A stretch of DNA of 64,000 nucleotides, filler included, from Reticulomyxa filosa (Eukaryota; Protista; Foraminifera), in the NCBI GenBank assembly GCA_000512085.1. It is 14 parts of 14 records of this genome, joined end to end, with 100 filler letters (N's around TTAATTAATTAA, not from the genome) between each part and the next. Parts side by side here need not be neighbours in the genome. Positions count along the whole stretch, not along the records: positions 1 to 21,224 come from ASPP01010493.1; positions 21,325 to 28,353 come from ASPP01023597.1; 12 more parts are not named here. The stretch is one strand, 5' to 3'. Positions within the stretch are counted from its first letter, which is position 1. Each line of letters starts with the position of its first letter. The position numbers and the translations under genes were made by a program. Positions 11,548 through 24,457 of the stretch are shown one piece after another. The notes under the pieces are model-generated. The model worked only from the letters and a program-made list of their open reading frames with translations, searched no databases and was not told the origin of the DNA.

Positions 11548-14500
11548 ATGGGCGTGATGATAAAAAACGCCTGGCCATATAGCGCCATTTTGCCAGCAAC
11601 AGTGATTGCAATGCTTTGTTGTTTGATACTTTTAGTTGTGTTGACCTCTTTTCTGAAATTTTCATGTCATTCGAAAACGGGTGATGTTAGAGTCAAACCT
11701 GACAAAGTGTCACTGACATACTCTACAGTGGTGTTATGTATTCAAATGGTGACATGTTTAGTGATCTGTTTTGGATGGACTAGTTTAATATTTCCGACCC
11801 TTTTTTTACGTCCAAGTATTGTCGAATAGTGCTGCAATTGGGGTTGGTGTTATACTTTTTGCAAAAAATGTTTACCCATTTGTTGTTCATTGGACGATTG
11901 AAAACAGTGCTGAAAGGAACCTTTGCAGGAACATTACAATTCTATATACACACAAACATCAGATATATGTAGTTATATACTTTTTTGTCGATAAAAGAAA
12001 TGGCACAAATAAGGCATCAATGGAAAGCATAGATGTTTTGTTTGTGCGTGTTTATGTGAACGCAGGATACTCTAGATTGATGTTTGTGGCCTGCAAATTG
12101 GTAGTGTGTGTGGTGATGGTGACGGAAGTGATTTTGATGTGGTTTTGGTATTCAAAAACGATGAAAAGTACGGCCTATTCGAATAATGAGTTGGTGCTCT
12201 CTAATATTTGCGCATGTTACTTTCAAGACACGAACGTGTCATTGAATATCCGCGAGCATTGGCCAATTTTGTATTGTCTGTTGGCAGAGGTCTCCATTAG
12301 TCTTGGTATATTGTATTTGTTTGTGAAGAAGCTGAAAGGGTTTATTACCGGGATCGATCCCGTGGTACCAGCATCAGCATTAACACCAGGACCGTCACCG
12401 GTGCTGATGCCGACGTCGGGACATCACCGATCTTCGACATATACCACTACGTATACAAGAACGACCACAACAGTGGACCACCCGACGAGAGCTCGTAATC
12501 TAAGTAGTTTTGTTTTTATTTTTATTTTTGTTTTTGTGTTTGTTAATATATCATTAAACGACGTTGCGAATAAAACAAACGTAGCACCAGATGAATTGAC
12601 ACATGGACATCCCTCCGTGGCAATGCATGAAAAGGCCTTTACGATTGAGCAAATGGCCGGCAATCAACGTCTGAGTGAACTGGTCGAACACAACGTCCAC
12701 GGACACACGAATAACAAGTTCCAACAAGGACAAGACGATAACACTGTTCGCAAGAGTGTATCTGCTGTCTCGAAGCACATTCAAACGACACCACGATCCA
12801 GTGTCGCCAATGAACTTCGCAACCCGACACACAAAAGTGCAGATACGTTGTCCCATCATCCTTGGAATGCGATCCAGGGCGACGGACAAGACAGGAAGCA
12901 GAATAACGACGAGCAACAAAGTCCTAATCTCTATCCTCATTCGAATTACAGCAGTCATATTCAACATCAGCATACGTCCAATCCAACGTCGGCCAATATG
13001 TCCATTTTGCCGTCGTATCTGGAATTGACCCCTTACAATTCTGAAAAACAAAAACAAGACCAACACACGACTGTCGAGTCCGAGAGGCCTCCTCTCCACA
13101 ACAATGAGCATCCGATGACCCACGAACATGCTAGCAGTTATGTCATTCCAATGAAAGGCACGCATTTGGAACCGGCGAATATTCATCCGCCTTTGCAAGA
13201 TCATTTATCGGGACTGTCACTATCGAGAGTATCCTTTGAAATGATCATGCAGAACCAGCATATCAACGATCAATTGCGTTTCACCCGTACTCATTCTGGT
13301 TTGTCACAGTCAGCTGCAGTGTCCCCCTCCTCCTTTTGTATATACACATATACATATATGTATACATATGTATATATGTGTATATATTTATATCTATGTA
13401 TATGTTATCGCAGATGGCATCTCGTTACCCTTAAAAAAAAAACGCAAATCTCTGTTCGGCAGAACAACAAACGAAAACGAAGAATTCCAGACACTGAAAC
13501 GAGGCGAAAAGTCACGCAATAAATTGGTGGACATTATGGGCGTGGCCAACGCACGCGAGAAGACGGTGACAAAGAGATTGATCACAGACGTCAAACACGC
13601 AAACGATATTATCAAAGTCATGAGAAAGGCGTCATTGTTAGCACAATCCTGTTGTCTGCGTATATTTAATGTTTTTTCAAACGAGTAAACAACACAAACC
13701 ACAATACAAACAGATTGGTGTCTTTGAGCGTCGTGGTCACATTCATCTTATTGGGAGGCACGTTTGCTGACATGGTATTACTGTTGTTTGTCCCAATTGA
13801 TTTATTGGTCAGTGGAATTGCCATTCTATTCCTATTTCAAATCCCCACGTTCACCAAAGTCTATAAAATATTGTGTCGTCCTTTGGAACGCATCCTGTGC
13901 TTCTTTGTGGGGAGAGAAGAGCGTATGTTGATTCACAAAAAAACAAGGCCACCAGACATAACATGGCCATCATCGAAGAGTACAAACGTAAGACTGAGTA
14001 TTTGAGACAAACCTCTGTCAGTGTGGCCTCTACCAATGTTGCACTTTTGAAAGACCGTACGAGTGTGGTCAATGATAATACTAATAACAATGATAATAAT
14101 AATAATAATAATAACAATACGAATATAATCTCTCCAAATCTCTCGGCTGTGTCCAATTCTGGCGAGAAGCACGGATCTGTTCATACCAATTTTCACACAA
14201 CCAACGCAATGTTTCGACCATTTCTGTCTTCTGTGCTGTCTACGCCTGCAAACGAAACGACCAAATCGATAATAGAACCGGCCAATGAAAGGGACAAAGG
14301 GTTACATACAACTCAAGCACATTCAAACAAAAAGCCATCGTTCGAAATGGTGATCGAGCATCATTCCAAAGCGCCACTGTCAACAGTACATAGTGACCAG
14401 TCTTTTCACAGTGTCCAAGATACAGGCAGCGATCAACAGTACAATGAACAAATGGTAATAGACGAAGAGTTGCTAGAAAACGCATTCACCGAGGTAGACT

Positions 14501-15759
14501 TGGCTCCTTCAGAAAGAGCCACATCCAACATTGTTATTGATTATAACAACGAACAGAGTAAAAACAAGAAAGAAAAAAGAGATGGGACCGGCGGACTGCA
14601 AAATAATGCGACTCGTCCACAGCAAAATTTATTATTTGCGGATGCCAAATCCATACCATTTGAAGAAGATCGCTCGAGCCAACTTGCGAGTGTCGAACAA
14701 GAGAACAAAGTACGCTCTTTTTTTTTTTTTTAAACAAACAAACAAAAAAAAAGGACAGCGTTTGTGATGTAAAGCCATATAGCAAAGATCCAACAATAGA
14801 AAGACATAGCGAGGAATTATTGACAAATCGTCACAACGAAAAAACGAGCGAAAGCTATGGAAACAAAAAGTATTCTCAAGGACTGGGATTGCAAATACCG
14901 ACAAAGTCGTACGAAAAAGCAGACACAGACAACATTGCCAATAATCTTCCTATCTTACCATTAGACAACAATTACAGTGTTGCAAGTCACGCTTCGGTGG
15001 ATGGAATCGACGAAGAGGAGTCGCTCGCATATCCTCATAGAAATCACCACACTTCGGTCAACGACAGTCAAAAGTTTCATTCTTCCAATTTAAGCCATGC
15101 TACGGGGGATATACGTGACGCTCCATCACTCAAAAAAGCCGAAACTATTTCCCTCAATGAATCCGATAATGCTTCGCAACAGTTTAAACGCAAAAAACTA
15201 ATTTGTTTTGTGTGTACATTGAGCAACTGCAAACAAAAAATGAGTGATGTGATACAATTATAGGAACATAGGACAAGATGGAAATGTGAAGGATGAACTA
15301 TCTTTAGGAAGTGTCTGGCAAATAGTATCGGCAAATAATAACAATTCACGGCAATATTTAGACATTGAGAGTAAGCCACTCACTCCAAGTCATGGAAACA
15401 ATGTATTTGGGCATAACGCAAGCGAGACCAATTTATTGTCAAATCCAAGCAATAGACCATCCTCAACCTTTGATAATCCATCAGGAATTAATTTACCTCG
15501 TACAAATGATAGCAACGCTGCTTTCACTGATCCTTTGGATAATAATACTGGAGTAAGCACTTCTAATCTGAAGAATACAAATGACAATGCAAATCAAAAG
15601 GTGCTCACGATCGATCGTGATCAGAAACCAACTACACTAACCAATAATGGTAATAGTAATAACACACTTCGTGAAAGGTCCAATTACAATCGTGATGGAC
15701 CTTTTCACGAAGCAAACGTATCCGAAAGTTTTTCAAATAAGAAAAATGACAAAACTTAA
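11548..15759 (+). CDS. Orphan 7TM (GPCR-like) receptor with very long third intracellular loop and C-terminal tail
   Basis: Seven hydrophobic segments can be assembled across exons. TM3 (YCRIVLQLGLVLYFLQKMFTHLLFIGRL, ~11815-11900) lies in a different frame from the listed ORFs, after a T-homopolymer slip near 11800. Cys at the top of TM3 and in the loop before TM5; long H/S/N-rich loop ~12340-13620. Confidence 0.65.
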
Positions 15760-17399
15760 TTTATTCGAACAACAAAAAAGATCACCTGACAACCTTGATG
15801 TTGTCTTCTCAATTCTTTTGTTTTGTTGTTAGTAAAAAATTTGTCAAACGGCCATTACCTGCAAAAAATGACTGAAAAAACAAAACAAAAATTCACGGCG
15901 ATTCTTGTTTCATGTGTGGGAGGCGTGGGTTTTGTTTGTGTGCAAAGTACTTTGTGTTTGCATTTTTTTAATGAGCGATTATATGGTTTTGCAAGATAAT
16001 TATCACCCTCGATTTTCTTCGTACAAATGTAATTATCGTTGACAGTTCTGTACCACTGCTAAATGAAAAGTAATAGAAAAAAAGGCCAACACGATCAGTA
16101 GCTATCAAACTCAATATATTACGTAGTTTTAATTTTTTTTCAAAAACTATTTATTTGCTACATGCAAAAACAAAAAAATTCGTGTAGTCAAAAATTACAA
16201 CTAATTTAATTATTTAAAAATAAGTTAAAAATTAATAATAAAAAAATGCGAAAAAGAAAAAGTTTAATCTAGGCATCGCACATTGGCACCGCCTGGAACA
16301 AATGATTTTGATTTTTTATTCTTTTTCGCTTTTTTAAATTTTCTATGCACAAAAAAATTTGTTGTTAAATATCCTTTTCACATTGGAAAGAGAATAATTA
16401 GTACATGTTGATTTTTTTGTTTAATGGACCGGGCTGCTTATAGCATAAGGCAATATAAATCAACTGTTGTGAAAACAATTTTGGCTCAACTGAATTCTTT
16501 TTTCGAAGTGTTGAAGTATCATAACATATTGAAATTTAATTTATTTTTTTCGACAAATTAAACAAAAATTTAAACACTTATTAGATTAACTTGTTCAGTA
16601 TCAAAGAGCATCAATTTTGTTTGCAATTTTTGCTTATATCTTGTTGTCTTCCTGTTTACTGCATCTTCGTTTGGTTCGTTGAGTAGTTGACAGACATCTG
16701 ATATTTCACGATATCTGAGATTTTCAACTATATTACTATAAAAAAATTGAAGAATTCTTCAAAATTCAATCTACTTCAAAATAAAGCTTTTTTTGCAAAA
16801 TTGATCTTATGATGAAGGACGCTAAATAAATTATTTTTTTAAAATTGGAGGCGCATGACTTGTTATTTAAGATCTATATTTTCCAAATTGGTATCCAATA
16901 TATTGCATTACGACAAACATTTGATCATAGATTGAAGCAATGAGACTTGCATATCAAGTGTTGGAATACTCAATCGCTTCATCATCAACTTGTAATGCTT
17001 TTTGCAATATATATATTATTATTTATTTTTATTTTTTAGATTGGTCGCAGTGGGGGCGTGTCAAGTGTTGGAATACTATCTCGCTTCATCAATTCGCAAT
17101 GTTTTTTGCAATATCTACATGCACCTCGTTCTAAGAAATAGAACACAATAATAAAAAAAGAAACACAAAAACAAAAGAAGATACATAAAATCTTACAACA
17201 ACCAAAAAGGTCAATGCAAAATAATCAGAAGAAACACAATAAAGTTATTTCAATTTAAATTGAAATTTGTCTTGAAAAACTTAACAATTGTTCAAATCTA
17301 TATTGGTATCGATTACGAACTTGACTACTGCTTTTACAACTTTGATTCTGACATCTGGTTTATACGACCGATCACCAATGATGAATTATTTCATTGACA

Positions 17400-18120
17400 G
17401 GGACAATACATTGATATCTGGAAGCAATTTTTGGACATTTGTCTACTACTTGCGATGCAATTCACTGTATCGCAAACATTCAATCAAGAAATACTCGGCA
17501 GTCTCTTCTTCTTCAAACCAAATACAATCAGGAAAATCTGATCTTTGGATATTATGTAAATAATCATTCAATCCAATTTTGCCAGTAATCAATCGGCAAA
17601 TGATCTTGCATTCGCTAAATGTCAATTCTTCAAATGATTAAACCTCCATCAGGTTAGATAAAAAATATCGTGGCATTGTATGTCTTGGAATATCAATCAT
17701 TCACAAATCTAATGTCTATTCCATTGCTATGTAAAGAAGTGATTTAATCAATGATTATTTAGGAATGCAGCTGATATATGTTGTTGAATCAAATCTGGTT
17801 GCAATTGCTGGGCTTTCTTTGCAAGCATTATTTGCAACAAGATCCACTTTATCATTTTCAGGAATACCAGAATGGCTTTTAATCTAATATATCTTTGGAA
17901 CATTATCTTCATTAAATGATCTCAATATTTTTTGACAATCCATAATTAGCAATTTATAGATGTCAAAATCGCATTTGTTGAATATCGCATTGATCACGAA
18001 TTTGCAATCAGTGAAAATAATCACTATACACAGTGTGATCTGTAATGATTATTCAAATACTCCAATGCAAGTCTCATTGCCCCGATCTATGATCCAATGT
18101 ATCAACGGCTTTTTTTTGAT
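17400..18120 (-). mobile_element. Decayed non-LTR retrotransposon fragment: RNase H plus C-terminal zinc-knuckle remnant
   Basis: Minus strand reads IVIIFTDCKFVINAI...PKIY*IKSHSGIPENDKVDLVANNAC (RNase H, W replaced by stop), then LITGKIGLNDYLHNIQRSDFPDCIWFEEEETAEYFLIEC (degenerate CCHC). Confidence 0.8.
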
Positions 18121-19129
18121 TTTCAATTGTTCGGAGACAAAAGGTAATTAAATGCTTTGTTCCTTCTTACCTTTGATTCTTGTTTTTAATCACGGTACAA
18201 TACCTATTAATTTGATTGTTGCTTTGTATTGAATTGTTATAGAAGTGCACAAATAACGTTTCGAAAAAAAAAATCTAGCTACATTCATCATCATTTTCAA
18301 CTTGCTAAAAAATTGTTTTTGGAAGGGAATTGAAGTTGGACAAGTCAAGATACTAAGACATCTTGAAGTTTTGAAGTTAATTTTGGAAATAGGTATTTGA
18401 GACTTTGAAAGAAAATTTTATTAGGGATTTTCCTGAAAAAAATTGGTTTTAATTGGAAAATTATTGAATAAATTGATTTGAAGATTTACTTGAAGATAGT
18501 CATTAGAAACTCAAAGGGATATTACAAATTTGTTATTTGGAAGAATATTTTTATTTGATTTAACTGACATCATTGGAATTTTCATTATTGGTATTAAGAA
18601 ATTTGAATATATAGAAGGACTATCGTTTGGAGATCAATAAAAAACAGCGATCCAAAGTTTTATTTAAGGAATAGCAACGTCCCCTTGCAAAATTTTTGCT
18701 TCGAATATCAAGACCTTTGGAAATTTTGGTGAATTATGACATTATTTCCAAGTGAAGCAAGAAGAAATATAAATAAACGCGCAAACATCAATTTTGAAGT
18801 AAAGAGAACAACTGTAGAATTTTTTTTTAGCTGGAAGAATGTAATTTGTTGAATTGACAAAAGGAAAAATATTGTAACAAAAAGTAACTAATAAATAACA
18901 TTCAAGTTTCAACATTGAAGCAATAATTTTATTTTAAAATTTATTTATCCTTTTATAACATTTCAAATGCCAAATTACAAAGATGTTATAGCAAGACCAA
19001 AGCATAAAAATCAAGTAAATGAACAAATGAATAACAATGGAAGATATTCTTACACACAGAACAAAGGTCAATCGGAAAAATCAAACAATTGAAGGATAGA
19101 TGATCAATGAACAAAATAACATCGGCTTT

Positions 19130-20260
19130 TATTCAAAAGCCCAACTGCAGAATCTCCATGCAGTTCAACCACATATTTGTCTTTTTCAGGAAGGTTTCCG
19201 ATGAATTGGCATTCGGATCACCTTTCAATCACCAGAAATCAAGAAACAGAAAATTGAAACATGGAATTTAAGAAATGATAAATGGGACTTGTATCAACAA
19301 ATTCTTGTGAATGGAAAAAGAATTTACAATGGTGGAATCGATGAACTCAAACAAAATTTCGGTTATTCAAGAATTACAGACCGATTTCATTATTATCTGG
19401 AGTTGGGGGAAGTTATTAAAAAGGATTATCACAACAAGATTAATGTGGTGTTTAAACGATAACCAACTATTAACACAATGTCAAGCGGGATTACAATATT
19501 GGCACAACAACTCAGAATTATTATCTATTTATTCATCATTTGATAACAATGGAGTATCGTATGCCGTATTATTGGACATACCATCAGCATATGGCATCAG
19601 GTGCTTTTTCAACTTGCTTTTGTTTACAGAATGTATAAGCAATAACACGTCTTGTGTCGGTGAGAATTTGTCGAAAATCTTTCTTTTTCTCATCCACTTC
19701 AGTCGAACAAGAATTTGCATTTGCATTTGGATTTGCGATTGTTGTTCTTCTTTTCTTTGCATTAATGTCGGAATGTTACCATTTTCAGATAACTTCCTTT
19801 GAGAAATTGGCAATTTCAAGGCAAATACCCGAAAAGAAAAAGATAAAAAAATCCTTCATCGAGATAAACTCTTGGAGTGATAGTTTATGTTGATTACGAA
19901 AGAGTTCAAAAATCAGTTATTAAGTGTTGGTAAATTGATGGAACGGATAATCACAAGGAGATTAATGTGGTGGTTGAATGATAGCAATTATTGCATCAAA
20001 CACAAGCAGAATTCCAATCGTGGCATAACACAGATGAATTGTCATTGAGATTGACTGAGACAATCCACAGTCATTCGATTACAATTCCTATGCAGCGTAA
20101 GAAATGAATTTAAATTAGATGGAAGATTATATTGGTGGATTGACAGCTTATTGTCATATCGACTTGGAAGAGTTGTATTGAATGGAATAAATTCAGATTG
20201 AATGAAATTTAATACTGGAGTTCCCCAAGGATATGCTTTATCCCCCTGCTTATGACATAG
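19130..20260 (+). mobile_element. Decayed non-LTR reverse transcriptase fragments (two related partial copies)
   Basis: GKLLKRIITTRLMWCLNDNQLLTQCQAG...AVLLDIPSAY (~19405-19590); SVGKLMERIITRRLMWWLN and NTGVPQGYALSP (~19922-20250); possible endonuclease scrap QPHICLFQE near 19165. Stops and frameshifts throughout. Confidence 0.8.
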
Positions 20261-21224
20261 TCAATGTTATTTACCAATTGCGACGAAAACAAGAAAGTGA
20301 AGTATCACAAATGCATCAAATGTTCCACCGATGCAAATTGCAATGATACTACAATCAAATAAATCACAAAAAAAAATCCTTCATCTCGAGATAAACTTTT
20401 GAAAAAAGTAGTATTTTGAAAGAAGGCAAGCATACAACAGATACTGCAACATCTAGCAGTATCTGAAAGAAGTTCGAAGTTAATCTTCGATTATTAACAT
20501 TGTGGTAAAAACAGAAACAAAGACAAAGATACTTTCACTACTGTAAAATTTTTTCTACTAATTGAAAACTTTCATTATCTGATATTGCGATTTTGCGCGA
20601 GATCAGATATATAAACATTCAATGCTTTTCTTTAATAATAAGTATTTAAATTTTATTTTTTGTTTTAGTTTGCTTTAATTTGTTAAAAGATATTGATTGA
20701 ATCTCAATATTTCAATGAGACTTCAACACTTCGAAAACAAGGCTCAGAGGATTCGGTTGAGCATTAGTATTGCTCATGTAATTCCCACTGACCATTCCAC
20801 AGGGAAGAGCCAAATTTATTTTCACAACCGTTGATTGACCTCGCCGTACAACCTTTAAAATATAAAAAAAACCAAATAAAATCTCAAAGATTAAATTAAA
20901 ACTTAAATTTTTTTCACTTACTGTTGTTGAGTTTTTGATATGGAGAAATAATATACTATGGTGGAATCACAATAATCAACAATTATTTTGCTGTGGAATC
21001 TTGGACTAATTGTGTGAAAAAAAAAAAATATATATATAATAACCCCTTTCATCATTGGCAAGTGAAAGCCAAAAGTAGGTGAAAAACAGCAACGCTTAGA
21101 GGAAAGGGCAACATGTCCGACTACATTCCTCAATGGCGACATGGCGGAAAAGATGAGCATTTGACATGCGCGAAGAACCGGAGACTTCGAGTGCAACAAA
21201 CAACGAAAATATCTCAACACGCGG

Positions 21225-21324
21225 NNNNNNNNNNNNNNNNNNNNNNNNNNNNNNNNNNNNNNNNNNNNTTAATTAATTAANNNNNNNNNNNNNNNNNNNN
21301 NNNNNNNNNNNNNNNNNNNNNNNN
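21225..21324. other. Artificial contig linker N44-TTAATTAATTAA-N44 (first of 13)
   Basis: The same 100-bp spacer, with stops in all six frames, also starts at 28354, 30792, 38302, 39541, 40970, 43207, 44778, 48140, 49597, 57324, 58581 and 62901. Confidence 0.97.
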
Positions 21325-21387
<63 letters not shown>

Positions 21388-21421
21388 GTCCATTATTGTC
21401 ATCATCATCATCATCATCATT
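21325..21421. repeat. (ATT)n and (CAT)n microsatellites at a contig end
   Basis: About 21 ATT units, then a short CAT run. Confidence 0.9.
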
Positions 21422-23472
21422 AGGACTGGTTTCAATAGTTTGTATTTCCAAACATCCACACAAAGAGGCGGCCAACCATTGAATACAAATTTCAATTCCA
21501 CATTTCCACCAAAAACGCCACACCCCCAATTGCCAGTGGCAATACCGATGCAACCGTCATGCATGTGCGACTCGTTGCTCTTTGCCTCCGACTCTGCGTC
21601 GGCCGTGCCTCTCCAGAACGGACATGCATGCGCGGGGAAGCTGAATCCGGCGTAACACTTGACCAAGTCGCGCTGCACTTTCGGCAATGAGAACTGCTTG
21701 TGTCTGCCCTCGGCGAGGTACTTTTGCGCGTCGATGGCGACAATGCAACTGCACGTGCACATCGTGTTGGCCGTGCTGTTCACCACGCATGTTCCCGAAG
21801 CGTCCTCATGATGGCCGGCGAACTTGAACGTCCTCCCGTACCCTTGGTACTTGGAAAACTGTTTCGTTCCAACTATCGCTATCACTTCGTTCACGTACAT
21901 TTCCTCGCATAATAGCAAGCCAACCAAACACTCGGGGCTGATGACAAAGCGTATTTCCTTTTTTTTTTTTTTTTTTTTTTGTTTTGTTAAGTTTGGATCT
22001 TTCTTTCAAACATCAAAAAAAAAAAAAAAAAAAAAAAGCAAAGTTTATACAAATAAATAAATATTTATTTATTTGTATACGTAACACAACTTCTTGGACA
22101 CAACCTCCAGTGAACACGCCGCCACCAATGAATTTGTTTGCAAAGTCGATCTGGAAGTCACCGATGCTGTCTTCAATCTTGCCTTCGACAAGCAGATCTA
22201 CTGGACACAGCGGAGTTTGATTCGTCAGCAATCCCTCTTCACTTTGCAGGTACGTAACCACTTTGGAAGGCACTTTGTGTCGGTGAATCGACAATGTTCT
22301 CGTCGTGTGCCGCGACAAACTACGTCCATTATGGCCATTAGTCTTTTTTTTATTGTTGCTATTGCTATTGCTATTGCTATTGTTGTTGTTGTTATTAGTG
22401 TTGGTTTTCTGTCTACTCGCCGGCGAAGGCGACACTGACTGTCGTTTGTGCGGGCTATCTTGAGCCATACAATTAAAGTAGTGGAAAAGACATTTCAGCT
22501 TGTTATACGTCGGCAAATCACATCGCGAATAGAGCATCGTCATTTCAAACTTTGGCCAGCTTTTGCCCATTTTCCAATTGTTCAGTCCAAAAAATGTCAT
22601 CGCAAGCAAACTGCACACTTGCTCCGCAGTCAACTCCACCGATGCCTGGCGATTCACTGGTAATGTGTCAATGGAACCACTCGGGAACAACTTTTTTTTT
22701 TTTTTTTTTTTTTTTGCAACCAATCAAAAAACGAGAGAACACATTTGCAACCAATCATCAAACGACAAGTCTCTTTCTCTCTTCTCAGAGCAAATATATT
22801 TCACAAATAAAAAAAAAAAGTAAGTTTTGTCAAAAACATTGTAACTTCAGGCAGAGCAAGAGCGCTCTTTTGCATGAAAGGTAGAGTCAAATCATAAAAT
22901 ACTTGCTTCTCATCTCTACTCATTTCTTTGGTAAGAAAATGGTTTAAACCTTTGATCGTCAAAGTGCGACCTTTTTTCCTCCCCCCCCCCCCCATTCCCA
23001 TTTCCACATGCACGCACAATGCAAGACATTAAATAAGGAGTCTGCCGAAATATAAGAAAAGTAAACAACAGTGCACATTAGAGTGCATGACATTTTTGTT
23101 GTTATAAAACACTCCAAAGAAAAAGCAAATCGCTTATCGTCTTTGTTATGCTTTTTTTTATTATTATTATTCACCTGCTGCCAACTCATTCAACATTGCA
23201 ATCAATTTTTTGTGATCACTAATTTTTCTTGACAGTGTTTTTGCTATTTGACTCCATCGTCGTGGCTGCTTATGTGGGAGGCAGTAACAACCACTGTTGC
23301 TTTCAGCTTGCGTCTGAGGAGAAGAGTGAGACATCTCGTCACTGTTTATTGGAACTGATTGATCTTTCGCTAGTTGTTCTGACGAAGTGTTACTGTTTAG
23401 TCGTCGTCTCTTTTGTGGAGGACCGCTTGAACTTATAAGCCAAGAACGAATGTCACCTTTGTTAAAAGACAT
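21325..23472 (-). CDS. PARG: Poly(ADP-ribose) glycohydrolase (multi-exon, 3' truncated by contig end)
   Basis: DFANKFIGGGVFTGGCVQE|EIRFVISPE (catalytic GGG-x6-QEE, split by an intron), YQGYGRTF, IVAIDA, RDLVKCYAGF, IATGNWGCGVFGG; IQWLAAS follows in an adjacent frame. Confidence 0.93.
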
Positions 23473-23793
23473 GTTTTTCCTTATTAGTTACTCTTGTTTT
23501 TTTATTTATATATACACACAAAAAGTATTGGTGAATGCCAAAATTTGAACCGGAACACAAACTTTTTTTAGGTTACTTTTTGCACAGCCCAGGCGGTTAA
23601 TGTTTTAAATCTGTTTCAATTTTTTGAGACAAAGCTTGTTTAGTTCTTTAACGTATTTTTTCAACAGTCTTTTTTTCCACATACCACTTGTCCGAAGCGG
23701 AGATGGAGCCAAAAAAAAATTCTTTTTTTCTTCGTATGTCAGTCTTGAAGATTCTGTATGCTTTTAGAAAAACTTTTAACTTTGAAAGGATTA

Positions 23794-24457
23794 ATGAAAA
23801 ATCCGTTCTGGAGGGGTAGTCCTCCCCCTTAAAAAATTCAGATTAACATTAAAAAATGAGCAAAATGAGAAAATTGACCTCCTTAGAGAGGTCGGTTCCT
23901 GATTATCCACCAAACGGACGAATGAGACATCTATCCAGTAAAGAAATTTCCCGTTGTGATTTGTTGGTGCCCAGACAGGTACAAAAAAAACGGCCCAAAT
24001 TTTCGTGAAATTTGGTATCCACATAATGAAACACATTGAATAGATGGACGACAAAGCATGTAAACAACAAACAGACAGTTTACTGCGATGTTGGCGAAAT
24101 GAGGATCCTCAAAGAACACAAATTACGGGAGTAAACCCATGCAAGAAATTTGAAGATCTATTCAAAAAGTGTGTGAGCATCAATGTCGGTTGAGTAAAAA
24201 TAAACAAAAAAAAGGTCGTGCTTTAAAAAAAAAAAAAAATGCTTCAACAGGTCAACCGAGGATTAATTAGAAATACCAATTTTGATGGTGAGTCTGTGTA
24301 TCGTTACGTATGGGATGCTATGTATCCCCTACGAATGGCAATGAACAACAATCAGCACACTACTTATTCTCATAAAGTACGCGCAAAATCTCAACGCACT
24401 GCTGTACGACACTTCATGTGGCAAGGCGCCAGAACACGCAAAAGAAGAAATTTTTAG
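23794..24457 (+). CDS. Small twin-CX9C (CHCH) protein, possibly mitoribosomal mS37/CHCHD1-like; 4 exons
   Basis: Predicted exons ~23794-23815, 23887-23978, 24044-24184 and 24251-24457 give MKNPFWRERSVPDYPPNGRMRHLSSKEISRCDLLVPRQMDDKACKQQTDSLLRCWRNEDPQRTQITGVNPCKKFEDLFKKCVSINVNRG...; two exact C-x9-C motifs. Confidence 0.7.

Noticed and set aside
20758-20780. Small hairpin TGAGCA-N7-TGCTCA as an ncRNA or histone-type stem-loop
   Set aside because: A 6-bp stem is expected by chance; it does not fit the histone stem-loop consensus and no histone gene is nearby.
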